Part shown: positions 13,229 to 25,499 of the stretch, in pieces
Layout of the letters: every line of letters begins with the position of its first letter
How positions within the stretch are numbered: the first letter of the stretch is position 1
From: Gnetum montanum
Taxonomy: Eukaryota > Plantae > Gnetophyta
Assembly (NCBI GenBank): GCA_015680685.1
Contig: MNCI01000651.1
Coordinates: 1,789,832-1,853,831 of the forward strand
Direction: 5' to 3'
DNA: 64,000 bases
Notes under the pieces: generated by a model
Told to the model about the DNA's origin: nothing
The model's database searches: none
Seen by the model: only the letters and a program-made list of their open reading frames with translations
Translations under genes and position numbers: made by a program

Positions 13229-13306
13229 TATCTCCATAATTAAGCATGCTCATTCTAGAGTAATACTAGGCTAGGTGACCTCTTAGGAAGTCTTGTTTCT
13301 TGCACC
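13229..13306 (+). pseudogene. 5S rRNA-derived fragment (3' two-thirds, including box A, IE and box C)
   Basis: CTCCATAATTAAGCATGCTCATTCTAGAGTAATACTAGGCTAGGTGACCTCTTAGGAAGTCTTGTTTCTTGCACC aligns to plant 5S CTCCGCAGTTAAGCGTGCTTGGGCGAGAGTAGTACTAGGATGGGTGACCTCCTGGGAAGTCCTCGTGTTGCACC; the 5' about 40 nt of 5S are absent. Confidence 0.85.
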
Positions 13307-13837
13307 AAAAATATTTTGGAATCTAGAAGCCATAACTTTTAATTATAGAAGTCTTTTTCAATAAATGAAGAGTCATTTCCTATAGATTTTAACCTTCTCA
13401 ACATAATGGTAAAGTTAGATCTATCCTAGGGAACCTTGAAAATTAGTTTTCACCTCTTGCCTAATATAGTACCTTAAGATCCTCAAAAGCTTAATTTTAG
13501 CATAACTCGAGCATACAATGTCCATTTTTAACATATAGATAGTCATTTTCAATATTTTTCACCCTTCTAAACTTAATGTTGAGTTCAACTTTATCATTCA
13601 AGTACCTAATAATTTGATGATATCATAAAATTTGGCTCATGAATTTAACCTTGTTTGGGACCTTTAGATCTCTATGGCATGACATTAATTACATTACTAG
13701 AGTCAATGTCTTGAAGAGGGATAGAAAGGTCATTAAGAATTAGTTGATGTGTTAGTTGATAATTAGTTGATGAAACAAAATAATATTCAATGATGTATAT
13801 CAATTTGTCTTGCAACTGAAACATATCACAAAACAAC

Positions 13838-15060
13838 ATGGAGATTCAAAATATTGCTTCAAAAAGGTGTATGATACCCATGAAGAGAAATGATCCAAAT
13901 GAGAATCCAAGAATGAGAATGAAAGTTACAACATACAATGTTTTTGCAAGATCCTTAGTGAATGAGAAACAACATCCACTATGTCAACCATGGACTTTGA
14001 AATGGCACATATATCGATACCCAAGCATCTTAGCAAAATTACAAGATTTGGATGTTGATGTTCTATGTCTACAAGATGTTTTTCCATGGGAATTTCTATA
14101 CCAATTCCAACAAGATATGAAAAAAATGGGATATAGAGGTATTTATAAGCAAAAATGTTCTTATGAAAATTCTTCTTTGGAACATATAGATTAGCCTACT
14201 ATAGAAATTGCAACATGGATGGTTTCACAATATTTTAGAAAGAAGCCATATTTGAATTAGTACAAAGATTTGAATGGAGTTTAGAATATATGATTTTTGA
14301 AATTCGAAAACATCAATTGATGGGAAAGAAAGAATAGTTAATATTTCAGAAAAATCACATAGCCTTATCAGTGATTCTAAAAATCCATCTATCAGGAAGA
14401 TGTGTATGCATGGTTAACACACATTTAATTGCCAAACCAACATGTTTAGATGTTAGAATATGTCAAGGAGCATACTTGATTAAGAAAATAGAGGAAAGTT
14501 TGAAAAATAATTTATTCCAAAATTATACTCATGTAGTTCCATTTATTCTTTGTGGAGACTTAAATGCAAAAGTTGAAAGTGGTGTTTATCAATTCTTAAA
14601 AATATGGATGTGTAAAGAAGTCTTTGGAAATGAACTTGATTTGAAGAAGATGCTTCCATCAATTCAACATGAAATTCCATTGGCCAGTGCATATTCTACT
14701 TGCTTTGAATCTTTAGTAGATAAATTGGATTCTAGAATTTAGGAATCGATGATCTTGATGGATAGTGCTCATCGAGAATCATAGTTTATCAATTTCTATG
14801 CTATGATTAATGAGGATGAATCAACAACATTCTTCATTGAGACCTTGGATTATATTTGGTACAATGTCTGATTCTTCTAAGTTACCAAATTACTAAAGTT
14901 AATTTCTAAAGAGGAAGTTGAGAAGAGTCAAGATCAAGCCTTGCCATCCCAAACAAAACTATCTAATCATATACCACTTTTGGTAGAATTTCCATTACTT
15001 TCATTAGTTCATAAATTTGATCAAGATCAGGAAGTATCTCACCCCTACTTTTATTTATAA
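13838..15060 (+). pseudogene. Intronless CCR4/nocturnin/Angel-family EEP (deadenylase-like) pseudogene
   Basis: Motifs in canonical order: VTTYNVFA, LKW..YR...IL, DVLCLQD, MGYRGIYKQK, DGFTIF, NHIAL, VNTHL, DVR..Q, FILCGDLNA..ESGVYQFL, HEIPLASAY, ETLDYIWY, ALPS...SNHIPLLVEF; several stops and at least one frameshift. Confidence 0.9.
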
Positions 15061-15468
15061 TTTCATTATTTTATCTATTGTTAACTTATATTTTAATTGG
15101 ATAAATAAAATATCTAAGGCAATGCAGGTTTTGAATAAATAATTTACCCTACCTTCACTTGGATAACAAGATACAACTTATATATTGTGTGACCCTAGTT
15201 AGGAATAACGATTGGTGGTTGGTAGATCTTTAATTCACCTCTTGTCATTATCTCAAGAAAATGAAGTAAATATTTAAAAAGTAATGTTTAATTTTCTATA
15301 TTATTTTCTTACATGTATCATGTTTGTAAAATAAGAAAGAAACATTTTTCAAATTCAAAGAAGAAATCAAATTCTTGGAGCACTGGATCAAACTTGAAGC
15401 ATTGGAGCTAGATAAAGATAGTGAACATGGACTTGTTCAAGAACAAATGAAACCTAATGGGGGTAGAT

Positions 15469-16041
15469 TGTCACATCCCCATTCCCAAATGATGGTGCTA
15501 CCTAACGAAGATGGTTCCTCTTCATAACAAGTGTTCTTATTATTGTAATAAGACTTGAAAGGACAATTGTAATTAAGACCTAAAAGGGTGCATTGTAATA
15601 ATGGACATGTCTCTTGAGGAAACCTTTGGGGATTTGGCCTAAAGCATTTATACTAGGGTTTATAGGTCATGCCAAGATGGAGTGGCAAAGCTAATATAGG
15701 CGAGTTACAAGAGCTAGGTGAAGTGGAATAGGAAGTGGATTAGCCATTCCTTTTAGCTAGTTGTAGGCCAAACCATGGTGGTAGTGCTACGTTGCCTCTA
15801 AGGAATAAATGAAAAAGGAAGAAATCCCCAAGGAACACTCTCAAAGCATGATCTAGATACACTATTCCACATCAATAAAGAATTCTTTTCTTTTTCTTTT
15901 TACACTTTCTTTATTATTTTCTTTACACATAATGTTGAATGTTACATATATTTGACATTTGGTGCATTTTCTTCTTACACATAATGTCTAATATAATGTA
16001 TATTTGATGTTTTTCATGACATTTGGGGACCAGATGTCACA
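15469..16041 (+). repeat. 3' LTR of the CCR4/5S-carrying element
   Basis: TGTCACATCCCC...GATGTCACA; preceded by PPT-like GGGGGTAGAT. Confidence 0.85.
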
Positions 16042-17200
16042 TCTGTAATGGCCTTCATGGAAGCCATCAGAATATTTTCAAGTAGATCCATCTAATAAGG
16101 TATTAATTTAGGCCTTATCTCCATTTCTTTGGCCATAAAGTTCTAGGCTCTACTTTTCAATCTTTCATAGATGACTTTTCTTTCTTTGAATGTTATGATT
16201 TAAGTTAGTATAACTATTGTGTATTCTTTAGTATTTTATAACTTATTATTAAAAAGTTGAAAATAACTTTTATGGTACTTTAAAAAGTTGAAAAGTTAAA
16301 AAGCATGATCTAGTACTTTTATGGTAACTTTATGTTCATTCAATTCTTGATGCATTCTTTGACCTTCCTCCTTATACCTCTAGATTTATTGCTCACAATC
16401 TTCAATAATACCTTCTTTGATAGACATTGATTACTTCAATGATTCAACTTTCCCTTTCAGCTTCTTATTCTTCTTAAATTATGCATCAATAAAGTTCTTT
16501 AAAGCTTTAATTTATTTATCAGTAACCTTGCAATTATTTGTTAATAAAGTGGCTACTATGTTGATGATATTTTCACATGATATAATAAGCTCTTCTTCTC
16601 CTATGAAAGAATCAAATTTCTTGCATTATAACATGACTATTGATTTTGTGTCTGGAGCTAGATATTTCTAGGTAAAAATAAGCATTCCTTTTTTTGGATT
16701 AATCTTTAATGATCTCATTAAATAAAAAAATGGAAAATCTAAATTTATCAAAGGATAATAATATGAACTTGATAATGAGAGTTATTTCTAGGATTCTTCC
16801 TATATCGACTTCTATGATGGCTCTTCTTATGTAGTCTTGGTCTACTATTATTAGAGTTGTTGAAGAGCTATAAGTTAAGCTCCGAATGTAGTTTCATCCT
16901 TAGATACTCAAAATGATTAATATTAATCTTCAATAGCATCTATTTTTTCCCTACCTTTTAAGAAAAATAATTTTATTCCAAAATTAATAATTGATCTTTA
17001 GAAAAATTAACTAGAAAGTGATGCCTATTAACAAGCCATATATCAATGGTAGTATTTAGCTCATCATATAATATTGTAGTGAATATCATTAATATAGAAC
17101 TTCTTAGCTTCACTAATGATCTTGTCTTTGATCTATTTACAACCTTATCAATATCTTTGATATAAACATCATCAATGATATTTGGCTCATGAGTCTTTTA
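16042..17200 (-). mobile_element. Very decayed LINE-like (RT) remnant, possibly continuous with about 3950-4668 across the LTR insertion
   Basis: Weak residual similarity to LINE RT blocks in minus-strand translation (e.g. INAMLLENV near 4600, resembling I.LLLYADDV); no long ORF. Confidence 0.3.
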
Positions 17201-19879
17201 TAGCTTCTTGAATGTGAAATTTCTAGATAAAAAAACTTGAAAACAATAAATATCATTATACTTGTTTAATTTTCTTCTTAAATGCCTTGCATTTTGAAAT
17301 TTCTAAAATTAAATTAAAGGGAAAAATTTTTTTGCATTATGTCTTAATGCACTATCTTATATGTGCCTTTCCATTTCTAATGCAATCAAATATGATAAAA
17401 AAAATACCTTAATGGCTTGAAAGCTTAACCTTGGAAACAATATATAAGAATGATTGTATAATGTGCATTAATAAACATATCTCTAGAAAATTTGGCTTTA
17501 ATTTTTTCTATAATATGAGATTCAATATTTGGTGTTTTCTATCCTACTAAAAGTTCATATATGATTGGATACATGTAATTCATAAGAATTTTAAACACAT
17601 GGAAATATAGAAAATTTTTTTGGTAAATTACATGATAAAAATTATAACAAAGGAAATTTGGCAAGGATCTTTGTTACACTACATAGCTTGGAATAATAGT
17701 AGTACATTCTCAAGACTAGATATTTTACATAAAATGAAATCTAGTGAATAGGAAATCATCGAAAATTGATAGTCTTCTTAATAAACTTTCTCTAAGTTGT
17801 CTTGAAGAGCATTATTCATGTATGGAATACAATAAAAGGTTCTATCATTTTCTACAATTACTAAAATGAATTATTTTCTTCTAAATTATTTATGTTTTTA
17901 TTAATATAAAAATTTAAATCTAAAACAAAAATGCTATGGGAATAATAAAGCTTAGAAATATTAGGAACAATGCACTTGTATTTCCACATTCTAGTAATTT
18001 GTTAGACCAAAAGCTTATAAGGCTTTTTCATTTTTAGATTTGACACAAATTTATTATGGATGATCTAATTAACTTCTTTCCTTGTTGTTGGCTTTGGCTA
18101 TGTAAGCTTTGAAATATTTTAGATTTCATGGCTTCTTTTTTTGTTGATGTTAATGAAGTACTTTGGAGCTCTTTTAAACATAAGCTTATATTGCTAATTC
18201 TACTATCACCATGTTCATTGTGTCTTTGATTAGATTTTCCTTGGGTATAAAGTTAATTTTGTGCAATCCTTAGTTATTGATTTATTGAATCAAAAGCTTT
18301 TAATCCCAAATTTTTGGCATATTCATGGTTTTCATATGTAACATTTCCATCATTGTACTTAACAAAATAATTAAACATAAATATATCAATTATAAAATCA
18401 TTTAAATATATAAAGTAACTTGAAAAATTTAAGTACCTTATAAATCCATTGTAAATTCATATTTAACATTTTAATATCCTTTAGGCCTCCAATATAACAT
18501 TAAATAAAAGATCATAGAAAATCCATATTTATGGCCAAAACACAAATTCATTAAGTATCAAAAACTTAAAATACATCAAGATAAAGTAATCTTTTTAACC
18601 AATATTAATCTTTCTTCTAGCACATCCTTGTCCACCTCTAATGCATCATGCATAATTTGCATGAAACATGTAACAAGGATTATAAGACATTCACCATAGA
18701 GGAAACTACCTTGAAGATTCTTAGAACAAGACTAAAAGATGGGGCTCCTAAGGTATAAAGAAAATTATTAGAACCAATAGTGAATTACAATTAAATTAAC
18801 CATCAACCTTGTTAATTTTTATTACTTATGAATCATTGTTACCAGTGATATTCCATGTGTTACTACATCTAACATTAGGATAACTATAAGGTGCTATTAA
18901 CTTAAACTAGTCATAATGAACTATTTGATTAGAAACTTCACCTATCTAGACCACCATTATGTAATTTAAATTATTGGATTATATTCAAACTAGCATCAAC
19001 CCTACATCTTCCCAAATTCTTAGCTCCTTACTTTTACCTAAGGTTTTTTTTGATATTGAGCTACATGTCATAATGTTGATAGAGTAACACTGAAGTTAAC
19101 TTAACAATACTAACCAAATGATAACATACTAGTTGACTTCTACAAATTCTATTAGTTAATGGAAAATTTATTGAAATCCCAAGGATTTTTTTTCTAGCTT
19201 TTCAATGCTATGTATGTATCCATCTCTACTATGAATGCCAGTACCACAAGATGTTGCTAATGCCACACTATATTTAAAATGTCATTGCTACCATCATGAC
19301 TTGTGTCGTAATTCTTAATTTTTTCATGAGATATGTAAAACATTGTGAGTTGGCCATGTAAAGTCATGAAAAAAGTTATGAAAAACTTTGCAAGTCAATA
19401 TGCATGAATAGATACTGTTAAATGTACCACTATCACTTATATAATAGAAAATGTGTTGAAAACATTAAAATGAAGAGAGAAAGGACAAAAATGATAAGAA
19501 ATATAAAGTAATTTCACATTAATTGTATGATTATAATAGATATTAGATAACAATCTTGAGCTCTACTTCAGACTGTTGTGGCACTACACCAACACTCAAT
19601 CCTACAAGATCTTGACAAGCTCAAGAAAGATGCCTTCTTACAAGAAGCACATCAATGCCATAGGGCAATAGAAGAGAATGATGATTACAAGGGATGAATG
19701 TAACTTAGTTATTTGATCCTTGTACTTGAGGTACAACTCACTTTACAATAGACAAAATATAGAATAATGAGAAGCAAAAATGATTACAATGATTGTGATA
19801 TGATTACATAATGAGCATACAAGATCTTGCACATTTCCCAATGAGAATGATGTCTTGTTATAGCTACGATGTTTCCAAT

Positions 19880-22795
19880 TCTTCGAGATACTAGAAAATG
19901 TTTCTTCATGATAAGACTAGAAAAAGGTTTTTTTGAAATACCAAAAAAAAGTTCTTTATGATACTAGAAAATAATTGTTCAAGATACCAAAAAATAATTA
20001 TTCGAGATACTAGAAAAAATGTCTTCAAGAGACCAGAAAATGGTTCTTTGAGATACAAGCAAATGATTCTCTGAAATACCAAAAGAAGCTTTTTTGAGAT
20101 ACCAAAAAATGATTTTTCAAGATACCATAAAATGGTTCTTCAAGATACTAGAAAATGATTTTTTGAAATAACAAAAATTAGTTCTTTAAGATACTAGTAA
20201 ATGGTTCTCCGAGATAGTGGAAAAGGGTTTTTTGAGATACTACAAAAAGGTTCTTCAAGATACTAGAAAAGAGTTCTTTGAGATACAAGGAAATGGTTCT
20301 TCAAGATACTAGAAAACTATTCCTCAGTATACTAGAAAAAGGTTCATTGAGACACTAGAAAAAGATACTTTGAGATACCAAGAAGAGGTTCTTTAAGATA
20401 CCAGAAAATGATTATTCTAGATAATAGAGAAAGGTTTTTCGAGATACTAACACAATGTTCTTTAAGATACTAGAAAATAGTTCTTCAACATACTATAAAA
20501 ATGTTCTTCAAGATATCATAAAATAGTTCTTTAAGATACCAGAAAACAATTATTTAAGATATTGGAAAAGGGTTTTTTAAGATACGAAAAAATGATTTTT
20601 CATGATATAAGAAAAAGGTTCTTAGAGATACAAGAAAATGATTCTTCAAGACACTAGAAAATTATTTTTCAATATACTAGAAAAAAGTTCCCTGAGATAC
20701 CAGAAAAAGATTTTTTGAGATACCAAGAAAAGATTCTTTAAGATATCAATAAATGATTACTTAAGATATTAGAAAAAGGTTCTTAGAGATACCAACATAA
20801 GGTTTTTTAAGATATCAAAAAATGATTTTTAAACATTCTAGAAAAAGATTCTTCAAGATACTAGAAAACATTTTTTCAAGATACCTAAAAAGAGTTCTTC
20901 AAGATACTAGAAAATTATTTTTTGAGATACAAGCTTCTTCAAGATAATAGAAAATGTTTCTTCAGAGATATCAAAAAAAGGTTCTTCGAGATACCAGAAA
21001 AAGTTTCTATGAGATATTAGAAAAAAAGTTCTTCAAGATATCAAAAAATAGTTCTTAGAGATAAAAGACACTTGTTTATTAAGATACTAGAAAAATGTTC
21101 TTTAAGATACTAGTAAATGGTTCATTGATATATTAGAAAAATGTTTTTTGAGATATAAGAAAATGGTTCTTTAGAATACTAGAAAATGATTTTTAGATAT
21201 ACCAGGAAACAATTCTTTGAGATACTAGAAAATAGTTCTTTGAGATACCAAAAATTGTTTGCTTGAGATAAAAAAAAATGATTCTTCAATATACCAAAAA
21301 ATGTCTTTTTAAGATAATAAAAAATGGTTCCTTAAAACTCTAGAAAAAGGTTCTATGAGATAGCAAAGAAAGGTTCTTCAATATACTAAAAAATGATTAT
21401 TCGAGATAACAAAAAATGGTTCTTTGAGATACCAAAAAATGATTTTCAAATACAAGAAAAATAGTTCTTTAAGATATTAAAAAAATGTTGTTCGAGATAC
21501 TAGAAAAAGGTTCTTTGTGATAGGACCTAAAAAAGGTTCATTTAAAATATCAAAAAAATCTTTTTCCAAATACTAGAAAATAGTTTTTCGATATACCAAA
21601 AAAAGGTTCTTTGAGATACCAAAAAATAATTTTTTTTTTGAGATACTAGAAAATTGTTCTTCATGATACTAGAAAAAGGTTCTTCAAAATACTAGAAAAA
21701 GGTTGTTTAAGATAGCAAAAAATGATTGTTCAACATACCATTAAAAGGTTCTTTAAAATACCAAAAAATGGTTTGTCGAGATTTTAGAAAATGGGTTCTC
21801 CAAGATACCAAAAAATAGTTCTTCAACATACTAAAAACAAGTTATTCAAAATACCAAAAAATAGTTCTCCAACATAACAGCAAAAGCTTCTTCGAGATGC
21901 CAGTTTTCAAGATATCATAAAATAGTTCTTGAAGATACTAGAAATTTGTTCCTAAAAATACCAACAAATAGTTCTATAAGATACCAAAAAGGGTTCTTCA
22001 AAATACCACAAAAGGGTTCTTTGACATACTAGAAAAACATTATTCAACATATAGAAAGCAGGTTCTTTAAGGTTCCAGAAAACTATTCTTCAATATACTA
22101 GAAAAGGGTTCCTTGAGACACTAGAAAAAGATTCTTTGAGATACCAAAATATGATTCTTCAAGATTGTAGAAAAAGATTCTTCGAGATGCCAAAAAATAG
22201 TTCTTCAAGATATCTAAAAAGATTCCTTAAGATACTAGAAAATGATTATTTGAGATACAAGAAAAAGGTTCTTCGAGATAACAAAAAAATGATTTTTCAA
22301 AGATACTAGAAAAAATTTTTTCAAGATACCAAAAAATGATTCTTTGAGATACCAAAAAAAGATTCTTCAAGATATGAGAAAATGATTCTTCAAGATACCA
22401 GAAAACTATTCTTTGATATGAAAAAGGTTCCTTGAGACACCAAAAAAGGATTCTTGATGATACCAAAAAATAATTCTTCAAGATAGTAGAAAAAGCTTCT
22501 TTTAGATATTAGCACAAGGTTCTTTAAGATACCAAAAAATGGTTTTTTAACATTTTAGAAAAGGATTCTTTGAGATACCAGAAACAAGTCATCGAGATAC
22601 CAAAAAATTATTCTTCAATATATTAAAAATAGTTCTTAGAGATACAAACAACTTATTCATTGAGATATTAGAAAAAGGTTCTTCAAGATACTAGTAAATG
22701 GTTCATTGAGATACTAGAAAAAGGTTCTTTGAGATACCAAGAAAAGGTTCTTTGAGTTACCACAAAAAGGTTCTTTGAGATACTAGAAAATGTTT
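19880..22795. repeat. Tandem array of about 23-bp units (consensus approximately GATACTAGAAAAAGGTTCTTCAA), about 125 copies
   Basis: Periodicity is directly visible; the array is absent from the partner LTR at about 28025-28035. Confidence 0.95.
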
Positions 22796-23991
22796 GCTCT
22801 ATTAGAACTCATGCAATGACTAGCTAACATTCATGAAAGACATCTTCTTCATCTCTAAGACATATTTCTGTATCTAGCCTCTATTTTGGAAAGATGTCCT
22901 CATTTGGTAAAAGACATCTTTCTATAACTAGCCTCCTTTCTGGAAAGATGTCTTTGTTTGGGGAAAGATGTATTTCTAAAACTTATCTTCATTTTGGAAA
23001 GATGTCCTTGTCTAGGAGAAGACATCTTTCTATTTTGAAATAAATTTGCTATTTTGTAGATATTTCTTTACCTATCCTACCTTCAATTTTTCCAAGACAT
23101 CAACTTTTTCTTAGAGATGTATTTCTTCAATCTTTCTTTGCTCTTGAATTCTTCATTTCTTGTTCATGTTCTAAGCCTTCTATTCTCAATTCATATTCTT
23201 ATCCTATAAATACAACAACCACACAAACCTTTGACTTCATTTTACTTAACATTTTGACACATGAAATGGTCCATAGTCTCTCCCTTTTTGGTGATGTTCA
23301 AAACTTAAGAAAATGGGTTAGTGAATCATAAGTGAATCATACAAATATAATCACAAAAATGATAAAACACATTAAGCCTATCATAAAGAACAACATTCTA
23401 ATAGTATATCCTAGAAAATAATTCTCCCCTTTGTCGAAAAGTAGCCATACCATAGTCACAAAAGATATGCATTGAGCTCAATATCTATTTAAATAATCTC
23501 CAAGTAACATAAGGCATTTTCATATTTCTATAATGAATATTGTCAATCTTTTCAATCCTTTAGAATAGATATACAAACACTTCTTACTTTAATGATGTCC
23601 ATATAAACAAGAGAGGCTTAAGTACTCTATATATATATAGCATGCTAAAATAACATAAGTAGAGAAATCAGGTGAAAAGACACAAACTTAAATAAAAAAT
23701 TTGTATGCTAAAGATGAAAATCTACATTTCAAAAAGATCTATTCTTTTCTGATAAAAAAAAAAAGTTAAACGGAATAACCCACAACTGATAAAACATGAC
23801 AAAATAAAAACTTTTAATTGATGTCTAAGAGAAAATAGTCTTGAATGCCAAAGACCAAAGATAGAGTATTTAGAAGAAAGTGGACTATCATCTTGAATTA
23901 GATATCTCATTAAACCTTATCTCTCAAGAGATTCTCTTAGTAAAAAAAGGTGAGAGCTACACCTTGTTGAAAACCAAAATTTGAGATCAAG

Positions 23992-24784
23992 TGATGAATC
24001 ACATTATTTCATCTACTCTGACATCAGAGCCTAGATGCAACGTTAGGTATCCAACATTAAGGGGTATGCACTGGCCTATAAATATAGTGCCTAGGCCCTC
24101 AATTTGGATGAGTTTTTCGTATAAGTTTTTAGTAAAAGTAGTGAAGCTCTTACAATTTGTTTTTTCTAGGGTTAGAATATTTTTTGAGTGCTCAAAATAG
24201 GAGTCTTAGTGTGTACAAATCTTTGTTCAAACACTAATGTACCTAAGAACATCAATGTGACGAGAATAAAATGAACACTTTTGATAATCCTTACAGCACT
24301 AAGAATAGATTAATGTTTCCTTTCATGCACTTTACTTTCATGCATTTAAATTAAGCAACTAATTTCCAGTTGTTAATGAACACAAGCACAACCGCTTTGA
24401 GCATATATATAGTGCTTGGTAACCCATCAATGCTTAACGTATGGTAGCCCAACAGTGTTATATGTGTTCAGAAAAGTGGGATTGGTATTTGTGTTAGACT
24501 AGCTATTTTAGTTTAGATCTTATTTTCACTATTCATTAGCTTAGTTAAGTTATCTCTTTATTGTCATTAGGAGTAGCATAGAATTAGACAACATGATATG
24601 CCTCACTTTGGACTAAACCGTATGTGACAAAGCTACCACTAATCCAAGTGGGAAGATAGCGAACTATGATCAAGGCATAATGATCTAGATGCCACAACTA
24701 GTCCCATCAAAGGAACTCGACTGGATCATGCATGAACACCTGTGATTCGTATGGTTGGACGTAGGGGTACCTTGCCACTCATCA
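23992..24784 (+). mobile_element. Solo LTR, Athila-like family
   Basis: TGATGA...ACTCATCA termini, perfect TSD TCAAG on both sides, 3' end homologous to 6430-6650. Confidence 0.92.
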
Positions 24785-25499
24785 TCAAGTAACCTGGATT
24801 TTGAACCAATAAACTCATAAGATAAACCAATATGTCATCACAACTCAACCCTTATGAAAACATCATGAAGGTAATTATATGAAAAGGAAAAATGGACATC
24901 ATTATAAAAATAAATTCTCATGAAGAAGGAAAAATACAAAATATAAGTAAATTCCCAACAATAGTCTAATAGATTTTTATAACAAAATGTTTAACCAGTA
25001 ACCAAAAGATCTCATAATGGTAGAATGTCTATAAGAACCTTGAATTAATCCTACTTTTATCTTGGATACTATACCATACCCTTGCATGACATGAATCCTT
25101 GCTCATTTTGTGATATTTTGCTGTTTGAGTTCTTCTTGACTGAAGTCTCCAAAGACTCCCCCTACATTGGTGACCTCCAAGATGATGATGATTAATGAGA
25201 AACATGCTCCCCCTACACATGTGTAGCTCTTCTTGGGCTTTTAAGATCAACTTGTAAACTTTGTAAATCACCAAAGCACTACAATTGTAGGTCAACATTC
25301 AGATCAAATGTGGAGACTAAGGTTTCCAATCAATAATATTGATAGAATTTCTAGAAGCTTGTCTTATCTCATAAATAGAAAGAATATCTCAAAAGACATG
25401 AGCTTAGAAGTAGATCATCATAAGAAGTTTATATTATGCAAGATTGAAAGCAAGAAACAAACCAAACTAAAATTATTATAAGTTAGAGGCCCAAAGGAA

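Larger units (their letters stand above)
4669..16041 (+). mobile_element. Non-autonomous LTR element (chromovirus-like termini) carrying a 5S rRNA fragment and a CCR4-like EEP pseudogene; about 4.8 kb net of the nested insertion
   Basis: Two colinear 573-bp direct repeats at a constant offset of 10800 bp, about 83-85% identical in sampled lines, with T(G/A)TCA..TCCCC...GATGTCACA termini. A degenerate iMet PBS (TGGTATTGAAG, 5244) follows the first copy and a purine tract (AATGGGGGTAGA) precedes the second. TSD is not clean (TTTCC vs TCTGT). Confidence 0.8.

Noticed and set aside
13229-13306. Functional 5S rRNA gene
   Set aside because: The 5' end is missing, there are many substitutions, and there is no tandem array or oligo-T terminator directly after it.
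13838-15060. LINE APE endonuclease interpretation of the EEP domain
   Set aside because: It has CCR4-specific motifs (L.W.YR, L.SAY, TLDYIWY, LPS..S.H) and no RT follows.
19880-22795. CRISPR-like periodic array, and ORF 22227-22481
   Set aside because: Units are contiguous with no unique spacers and the context is eukaryotic; the ORF is a translation of the repeat.
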